This document shows positions 55,460 through 64,000 of a DNA stretch of 64,000 bases, piece by piece (within the stretch, counting starts at the first letter, position 1; every line of letters begins with the position of its first letter). The DNA lies in the NCBI RefSeq assembly GCF_006345805.1, contig NC_043005.1, forward strand, positions 34,782,001 through 34,846,000. Direction: 5' to 3'. A model generated the notes under the pieces. That model saw only the letters and a program-made list of their open reading frames with translations, was not told where the DNA came from and ran no database searches. The translations under genes and the position numbers were made by a program. Source of the stretch: Octopus sinensis (Eukaryota).

Positions 55460-55491
<32 letters not shown>

Positions 55492-55511
55492 AATATATAA
55501 TATATATATAT

Positions 55512-55587
<76 letters not shown>

Positions 55588-55640
55588 ATATAATATATAT
55601 ATATATATAATATTATAATATATAATATATATAAATATAT

Positions 55641-55677
<37 letters not shown>

Positions 55678-55784
55678 AATTATATATATATATATATAAA
55701 TATATATATAAATATTAATAATATATATATAATATATAAATATATATATATTATATATATATAAATAATATATATATATGATAT

Positions 55785-55852
<68 letters not shown>

Positions 55853-55917
55853 ATAATATATATATATATATATATATAATATATATATTATATATTAATA
55901 TTATATAAATATATATA

Positions 55918-55982
<65 letters not shown>

Positions 55983-56059
55983 AATATATATATAATATAT
56001 ATATATATAATATATATATATAATTATATATATATAATATATAATATATATTAAATTAT

Positions 56060-56094
<35 letters not shown>

Positions 56095-56121
56095 AATATA
56101 TATATATAAATTATATATATA

Positions 56122-56156
<35 letters not shown>

Positions 56157-56157
56157 G

Positions 56158-56195
<38 letters not shown>

Positions 56196-56329
56196 TATAT
56201 ATTATATATATATATATATAATATATATATATTATATATATATATATATAAATATATATATATATAAATATATATTATAAAAATAAATATATATAATATA
56301 TATATATAAATATAATATATATATATATA

Positions 56330-56364
<35 letters not shown>

Positions 56365-56496
56365 TATATATATTGTATAGAGGGCATTATTACACATAAT
56401 GCCTCACACTAGGAGGGACAAAGTCATTACTACCAAAATTATACTAATCATACCCAAATGCAGTTTTTCCAAGCAAGACATTTAAAAAATGAATTT

Positions 56497-56553
56497 AGTT
56501 TGTATCACCGTGATTTCACATTCAACTTACGTCTAATGATCGTCAGCAGAACT
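56497..56553 (-). ncRNA. Type I hammerhead ribozyme motif (left arm)
   Basis: AGUUCUG-CUGACGA-U-CAUUAGAC(GUAA)GUUGAAUG-U-GAAA-UCAC(G)GUGA-UA^CAAACU. Intact CUGANGA and GAAA boxes, GNRA-capped stem II, palindromic stem III, AUA cleavage triplet. Confidence 0.72.
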
Positions 56554-56618
56554 GATTCTGAACACATCATAACACATCATAAATAAACTGGTAGTTTATT
56601 TATGATGTGTTCAGAATC

Positions 56619-56676
56619 AGTTCTGCTGACGATCATAGACGTAAGTTGAATGTGTGAATCACGGTGATACAGAACT
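56619..56676 (+). ncRNA. Type I hammerhead ribozyme motif (right arm)
   Basis: AGUUCUG-CUGACGA-UCAUAGACGUAAGUUGAAUGUGU-GAA-UCACGGUGA-UA^CAGAACU. Perfect 7 bp stem I, but GAAA is written GAA in this copy. Confidence 0.6.
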
Positions 56677-57059
56677 AAATTCATTTTTTTAAATGTCTTG
56701 CTTTGAAAAACTGCATTTGGTATGATTAGTATAATTTTGGTAGTAATGACTTTGTCCCTCCTAGTGTGAGGCATTTATGTGTAATAATGCCCTCTATACA
56801 ATAGATATAATTAATTTGTTCAAAAGAAAAAAATATTTTCGAATTCTTTTCTTTTATGAGGTTTTCACGCTAGCTACCCGATAATTTCTTGTTAAGATCC
56901 CTTATTAAGAGATTATCCTTAATTGTTAAACTTATAAATATATATATATATATATATATAATATAAAATATATATATATTATATAAATATATATATATAT
57001 ATAAATATATAATATAATATATATATATAAATATTATATATATATATAAATATATATAT

Positions 57060-57091
<32 letters not shown>

Positions 57092-57145
57092 AAATATATT
57101 ATATATATATATATATATGTATATCTATATATATATATATATAAA

Positions 57146-57177
<32 letters not shown>

Positions 57178-57196
57178 TATATATATATATATATAT

Positions 57197-57585
57197 GCAT
57201 GGCTGTGTGATAAGAAGTTTGCTTCTCAACCGCATGATTCAGGTTCAGTTCCACTGCACAGCACCTTAAGTAAGAGTCTTCTACTATAGCTTCAGAATAA
57301 CCAAAGCCTTGTGAGTAGATTTGGTAGACAGAAATTGAAAGAAGCCTATTGTACACTTACATATGTGTGTGTGACATTGTGTCTGTGTTTGTCCCCCACC
57401 ACTGCTTGATAACCAGCGTTGGTGTGTTTACATCCCCATAACTTAGTAGTTTAGCAAAAAGGAGGCCAATTGAATAAGTACCAAGCTTTAAAAAAAGATA
57501 AGTACTGGGGTTGATTCATTGGACTAAAATGCTTTAAGGTAGTGCTCTAGCATGGTCACAGCCTAATAACTGAAACAAGTAAAAT
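57197..57585 (+). mobile_element. SINE family C, full length
   Basis: tRNA-like head (gtgtgataagaagtttgc..ggttcagttccact), internal (TG)n, tail taactgaaacaagtaaaa. Confidence 0.85.
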
Positions 57586-57591
57586 ATATAT

Positions 57592-57950
57592 GCACAGGCG
57601 TGAGAGTATGGTAAGAAGCTTGCTTCCCAACTGCATGGTTCTAGGTTCAATCCCTTGCATGGCAACTTTGGCAGCAAGTGTCTTCTACTATAGACACTAG
57701 CTGACCAAAGCCTTGTGAGTGGATTTGGTAGGTGGAAACTGAAAGAAGCCTGTAGTACATATGTGTGTGTGTGTGTGTGTGTGTGTGTATTTATGTGTGT
57801 GTATCTGTGTTTGTACCCTTGTCATTACTTGACAATTGATGCTGATGTGTTATTGTCCCTGTAACAAAAGAGGCCAACAGAATAAGTGCTAGGCTTACAA
57901 AATCCTGAGGTTGATTTCTTCAACTGAAACCCTTAAAGGCAGTGCACTAG
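57592..57950 (+). mobile_element. SINE family C, tandem second copy
   Basis: Aligns with the preceding copy. Confidence 0.82.
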
Positions 57951-60181
57951 AAGTGTGTGTATTATTTAAACACGCGCGCGCATGTGTGTCTGTGTGTTCA
58001 CGTATCACTCTTAGACTGTGTGCATGAATCACTCTTATGCTGTGATAAACATTTAAGAATGAAAATGTTAGGGTTGTAACAACAATCTTGTGGGTATTCA
58101 CCCTCATTTTCTTACAGTTCTAAGATCTCCACACCACACACTCTAAAGAATTGTACATGCTCTCAAATACTACAGCTGCCATAACAACAAAATCATGTTC
58201 TCTCATGACATATACGTTAGTCACAGGTAATGTGCTTCAGGCAGGAAGTATTGTTAAAATTCCATGGGCTGGGTCAGATTTGCAGGCTTTAAGAAACAAG
58301 TCCTACACACATAGGAGGTACAGTGATTTCACACAGAAGAATTCAATGAAGATAACAACTCTATCTTGGGAGTGGCAACATCCTTTATACCTGTGTGTGT
58401 ATGTACATATGTATATCTACATATATATATATATATGTAAGTGTTTACATATGTATATGTACATCTATCTATCTATCTATCTATATATATATATATATAT
58501 ATATATAATTTAATAACAAGTAATGACAAGAGTACAAGCACAGACACACACACACATGCAATTCAAAGTTTTTGTAGGCTCATAGAATAAACCTGGCTTG
58601 TCAGGCGTTTGGAGGTCAAGTAACAGGAAATGAGACAAATTCAAGATGGCTTTTAGATGTTAGGCCTCTATTGGTCAACTCTGGTCATGTGGTGTAATTG
58701 GTTTGGAAATAACATCAAATCTGAAACAATTTTATTTTTTTTTTTTTTACAACAGAAAATAGAAGATTTATACTTCACTTTATTTTTAATTTGGTTTTTG
58801 TTGCTACGGTTGATTATTTTATCATTTGTTTTTCTTGTTTCTATTTGTTTACTGACTATATTTGATTTTCTGTGATATTTGATTTTACTTAATTTTTTGC
58901 TTGTTTTATGTTTTGGTCATCATCATCATTATTATTATTATTATTATTATTTACACTGATTTTTTTATTTGTTTCTTCTTGCTTCTGTTATTCTTTGTTC
59001 ATCCTTTTCGGATGCAACTTTTTGTTGTGGGATTTTTAAAATTAAATTTTAATTTAATATCTCATTTGTTTTATTAACTTTATTTCTATTTTATACCATT
59101 TTTATTTCACTTGAAAAACAAACCAAAACATTACAATTCTTACCAAACACACACACACGAATACACACACATAACCTCAGATGAGAAAGAAAGATTGAGA
59201 AGAATAACCAAAAAGAAGCAACAGAAACAATAATTTTTGAGTGAAAGCTGCCTTTAGAAATTAATTTTTCCTAATTTCCTTCTGTTTTCTTCTCATATGC
59301 TGTCTTTGAAACCATTCTACAGGGATAAAAGGATTGGAATCAAGACAGAATTAGGACTAACCTCTGGATTGTCACAAGATAACCTACAAACATGCTCTCT
59401 TAATCATTGTGTGTGTATGCGCACATGCATGCATGTGTGTACATATATATTTATACACATACATATATGTATGTGTGTATACACATGCACACACATGTAT
59501 GCATGTATGTATTTGTATGTACAAATGAAAGAAAATACATTTGTTTGTTCAAGTTTCAAGAACATGCAGGGTAACAAGAAACTAGAAACAGTGACAGTGA
59601 AAATTCAACTTTAAACTAACGAGTATGTATGTGTACACGTACTAACACACACACATACAAATACACATGCATGCACACTCTTATATAATGGAGAAGTAAA
59701 ACAACCAATGATAACAGCAATACCATCAGCCATAACTGGCATTTTCAATGTTGCAACTCCAAATGTTATACTGGTTTTATCATCTTCTTGACAGACAAAG
59801 AGAGGTACTGGAAAAGAGGTATGCGGAGAAGCCTCAAACTAAGTGCTGAAAGTAGGAGAGAGTTAGCAAAGGATAATGTTAGCTTGGATAAGATCAAGTT
59901 TGGCTTGTTCTAAGGCATGGACCACAAAAGCTATATTGCCATTGAAGAAACGTAACTGAGAGCAAGTCACTTGACAATGCATATATTGATGAGGCTTTTA
60001 ATGAGGCTCTGAAATTTCAAATATGATTAGGAAACTAGATTATAGCTCAAACAACTTCTAATATCATTTGACCACCTCATGGAATTATTGATAATTTGTT
60101 AACTCCCATCATTTAAATTTCTAAAGTAAAATTTAATGTCTTGATTTAAAGATAGTAATTCTTTCATTCTTTTATGTTATT

Positions 60182-60341
60182 ACTCACGGAGTGGTTGGCA
60201 TTAGGAAGGGCATCCAGCTGTAGAAACACTGCCAGATCAGACCGGAGCCTGGTACAGCCTTCTGGCTTCCCAGATCCCCAGTCGAACCGTCCAACCCATG
60301 CTAGCATGGAGAATGGATGTTAAACGATGATGATGATGATG
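60182..60341 (+). mobile_element. 5'-truncated RTE 3'UTR
   Basis: actcacggagtggttggcattaggaagggcatccagctg...catgctagcatggagaatggatgttaaac(gat)n. Confidence 0.88.
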
Positions 60342-61155
60342 ACTACTTTTTAATAAGAAATATTCAATGTTTAATGAGAATATTTAACAAAATTCATAAA
60401 GAACAGTAAAAATTCAGTTCTATTATATTAATATAGTTGGAATATTTAATGTGAAATGTATTTAGTTGCTGTATCAATATGTGGCAAGAAATTAGAGCAA
60501 ATTTTAAATTGTCCGGTAATTAAAACTACTTTACTGTAAACAGATAATAAATACACGCTATCACTGAGTGTCTCTATTACAGTGTCTTCATGAAAAGTGA
60601 GTGCTTATTCATAATTCTTTGGCCAACTGGAATGGCATATTTACTAGGTGTATGTCAACATGATATCTGCTAATGTATTTTGAATTTCCATATTGTATTT
60701 CAGACAGACCTTTTTGAATTGACTCTTATTCAAATTGGAAGAATAGTTTGCTAACAATTCAGCACCTTTAATATCCATTTCAAGTGTTTATCGACCTCAC
60801 TTAGACAGCTACATAGACACTTCCCCCACCACCACCACCACCATCACCATGCACTCACTTTGCCAACTCTTGATTTAGACAAATGGTTTGTGAGAAACAT
60901 GTCAACCATGTAGTCAAAGGGTTTTTAGTAAGTATGAAGTTGCTAGTAAGACCATCAAGAAGTTTAGAATATGGACAGTGGTTTATTATATCTTTAGTTC
61001 CCTTTCTTTTCATTTTAGTTCTTCAGAGATCTAGTTGCTTTTAAGAATAATTGTAGGCTGCTGACACAGTTCTCACCAGAGGAAAGGTTGAGCGTCACCT
61101 TGCTATGTGAGTAGTGGCATTGTTCAATATGCTGGAAGAGAGTGGGTAGGTATTC

Positions 61156-61341
61156 AATATCATCAACCACTAAGAGACATGCTCAACTGGTTATGGTTAA
61201 ACAACTGACAAACAAATCTGTGGTACTGAGCAGAATATCTGCGGTAGCACATCTTTTACATCAAGATAAAATATGTTTGTGTTAACACTTCCAATGAGTT
61301 AAGATCAGAAGCCATGAGAGCTACTGCTTGGTACTGCAACA
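61156..61341 (-). mobile_element. Retroposon family E, 5' fragment
   Basis: Reverse complement of ~12852-13040. Confidence 0.8.
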
Positions 61342-61391
61342 GAGCATTAATTATTATCATTATCATCATTATTATTATTATTATTATTAAG

Positions 61392-61688
61392 GCCGATGCC
61401 AGCACCGCTTTGACTGGCTTCTTATGCCGGTGGCACATAAAAAAGCCCCAACCAATCGTGGCCGCTGCCAGCCTCCCCTGGCACCTGTGCCAGTGGCACG
61501 TAAAAAGCACCCACTACACTCATGGAGTGGTTGGTGTTAGGAAGGGCATCCAGCTGTAGAAACACTGCCAGATCAGACTGGAGCCTGGTGCAGCCTCCTG
61601 GCTTCCCAGACCCCGGTCGAACTGTCCAACCCATGCTAGCACGGAAAACAGGCTTTAAACGATGATGATTATGATGATGATGATGATG
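61392..61688 (+). mobile_element. RTE 3'UTR inserted into the head of a SINE family A copy (61389 to 61882)
   Basis: The SINE start aaggc|..|gagctggcagaa is split by an RTE fragment with a (GAT)n tail. Confidence 0.82.
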
Positions 61689-61920
61689 AGCTGGCAGAAT
61701 CGTTAATATGTTGGATGAAATGCTTATAGGTATTTCACTTATTGCTATGTTCTAAGTTCAAATTCTGCTGGGGTCGACTTTGCCTCTCATCCTTTTGGGG
61801 TTGGTGAAACACTGGGATCAATGTAATTGACTAATCCATTTCGCACCAAATCTCAGGCCCTACACCTTTAGTAGAAAGGATGATGATGATCATCATCATT
61901 ATCATTGCCACCGCCACCAT

Positions 61921-62292
61921 TGTAGCCATTTGAAAAGACTGCAGTATATGACTGGTACATATTTTATAAACTCCATAGAGACAGAAGGTAAATATGATAC
62001 AGTATTTATCATATTGACTCTAAATGGATGAACAGCATTAGGATTTGAAGTCAGAATGTCAAGGGATATAACTAAAAACTGCAAGGCATTTAATCTGACA
62101 CTGTACTCCTACTATCCTATCTCACTGTCCTTACATCTATTGATGATGATGATGAGTGAATATGATAAATACTGGATCATATTTACTTTCTAACTCTCTG
62201 GAGTTTATAAAATATGTACCAGTCATATAGGAAAGCGGATGCTAAATGATGATGATGATGATGATATACTGCAGTCTTTTCAAATGGCTACA
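61921..62292. repeat. Inverted repeat with ~100 bp arms (61921-62020 and 62154-62292)
   Basis: tgtagccatttgaaaagactgcagtatatgactggtacatattttataaactcc... is found again as its reverse complement, with an RTE tail inserted in the right arm. Confidence 0.9.
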
Positions 62293-63410
62293 CAATTCTA
62301 CACCCATTTGTTACTTTATAACTCTTTAAAAATAATAATTACTTTTAATAATGAAGGAGATAGTAGTTGTGGAGAAGGTTGGCAGTTAGTCCAGATGTTT
62401 CACCAGATGCTTTTAACACTAATTATACATTCTTTTCTGTCCTTTTTAAAATAGGTTCTACATCATGGCTCAAATGCAATTTTCCAATCTTTCATAGCAG
62501 AACCCTTTTTCTCCATCTTCTACATGGACTTCTACTAAATATTAATTTATAGCTTTATAAAATGGGTATTAACAGGCATCAGACACACTAATTCTCCTAC
62601 AACCCCTCCAATATCACAAAGTAACTTCTCTGATATCATGAGTGATACACTTTATATACATACATGCTCACATACATACATGCAAGCAGGCAGACAGACA
62701 GGCAATGTGCTCTCTTTTTGAAGCTACCTTTGTAACCTACTCAACCACATGTCCTCTCTCTCACTTCCTTCCTGTCTACTGTACCATCATTACTATTCTG
62801 TTCCTCCCTCCCCCTTTTCCCTGCACTGCCAGTGATATCCCACTTACCCTACCTCCCCCAACTCATGCATCACTAATTATCTCCCTTACCCATATCTCAC
62901 TCCCCCATACATTCTGGCAACCTCCATTCACCACACTTCTGCTTCCTCTGTTCCAACTCATTTGGATTCACCTCATATCTGGACACCTTATCGTTGTTAT
63001 TTTCATTGCTTTCTATCTCCACCTGGTCACTCTCACTCTCTCTTCTAAAATGTAAGTAGTCATGTAGCTTTGCTGTAACAAGAAACCTATTCTACTTTGA
63101 TCCCTTCTCACATACCTCATTTCCTTGAGTAAAACTTCCCACTTAGGGTTTGAAGTCTTGCAGACTGCATGGCAACTGCACTAGTGCTGGCTGGAGGCAT
63201 GAAAACAGCACCCAGTACATGTAAAATGGTTGCCACCAGGAAGGGCATCACAGTAGAAACCAAAGCAGACAGTGGAGCATGGTGTCATCCTTGGACCCAC
63301 TGGATCTTGTCGAACCATCCAATTATTCACAAACCACTGTACAGAGTGCACTGAGTGCATTTTATCATGACAGTAGCACTAAAAGGTTTTCAGTGCCCTC
63401 TGAAAAACTA

Positions 63411-63822
63411 CAGGGTGATTGAAAAGTAACTCCTTATCTTAAAATACTTATAAATTATTTATTGATTGAAATTTTTACAAAAAAAAACAGATATGAGAGG
63501 AAAGCTTTTAGTATGAGGTTTCATTCAAAATTCGATATGGGCTCCAGATGTCACTACCAGCTTCTTGAGTTGCCAAGGAATTGTGTCAACTGATTTCACC
63601 GAGAACTTTTGTGGGATGGAAGACATAACTTCTTGTATTTTCCCTTCAAGTTCTTCCAAAGTCTTTGGTTTGGTACAGTAGACTGTTACTTTAATGAACC
63701 CCAAAGAAAGAAGTTATAGGGTGCTAAGTCGGGACTCCTGGCTGGTCATTCATGGGGACCATGATGACCCATCCACCTCCCAGAGAAGTGAGCATTCAGC
63801 TATTCACAAATGACAAGAGCAA
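63411..63822 (-). mobile_element. Tc1/mariner-superfamily transposon 3' end with dead transposase C-terminus
   Basis: TA|CAGGGTG terminus at 63409-63417. Minus strand gives LNAHFSGRWMGHHGPHE*PARSPDLAPYNFFLW / FIKVTVYCTKPKTLEELEGKIQE...GAHIEF* (stop at 63525-63527); SPDL.P.D motif decayed. Confidence 0.85.
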
Positions 63823-64000
63823 TACAATAACAGATTAAATTTTCACACTTTAAAAAAACAAACACAAAAAAATGTGGTAGGAGAGGAACTTGAGGAACAG
63901 AGATAGTGATAAGCAAATTCATGTCAGTTGTTGGTAAAGAGACTGAATAGAAAACAGAATGAACAGGAGGGTAAAGTGGGGTTTGAGAGGGAAATAGAAT

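Larger units (their letters stand above)
56371..56935 (+). mobile_element. Probable Penelope-like element end: pseudo-LTR (56593-56935) preceded by an inverted partial copy (56371-56589)
   Basis: Long inverted repeat with a ~130 bp unpaired extension, a hammerhead motif in each arm, and insertion in (TA)n. No RT or GIY-YIG coding sequence is present to confirm the class. Confidence 0.65.
51698..57197. repeat. 5.5 kb imperfect (TA)n array interrupted by three retroelement fragments
   Basis: Directly visible. Non-TA islands at 53580-54317, 54547-54730 and 56371-56935. Confidence 0.95.

Noticed and set aside
59795-59818. Possible 24 nt + strand microexon (gacag|acaaagagaggtactggaaaagag|gtatgc)
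   Set aside because: Splice signals alone are expected by chance in 64 kb. No supporting neighbours or homology. Similar weak candidates near 9212, 10312, 34969, 48812 and 58720 were also not called.

Overview
AT-rich, repeat-saturated eukaryotic non-coding DNA (large intron or intergenic region). The repeat families and the extreme (TA)n/(CAT)n/(AAT)n microsatellite load look like an Octopus (coleoid cephalopod) genome; this is an inference from remembered repeat sequences, not a database result. I could not identify any host protein-coding exon with confidence, and nearly all supplied ORFs are microsatellite or SINE read-through. Supportable features are: dozens of tRNA-derived SINE copies (at least 4 families); 5'-truncated RTE LINEs with (GAT)n tails; CR1-like and L1/Tx1-like relics; two dead Tc1/mariner transposase fragments; four TTAA-flanked piggyBac-type MITEs; and a complete non-autonomous Helitron. 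A 5.5 kb (TA)n array (51.7-57.2 kb) holds three different retroelement ends. The best finding lies inside that array: a ~430 bp palindrome (56371-56803), probably an inverted Penelope-like pseudo-LTR, in which each arm carries a type I hammerhead-ribozyme motif with a self-complementary stem III. Family assignments come from manual translation and motif recall, and boundaries of degenerate repeats are approximate.
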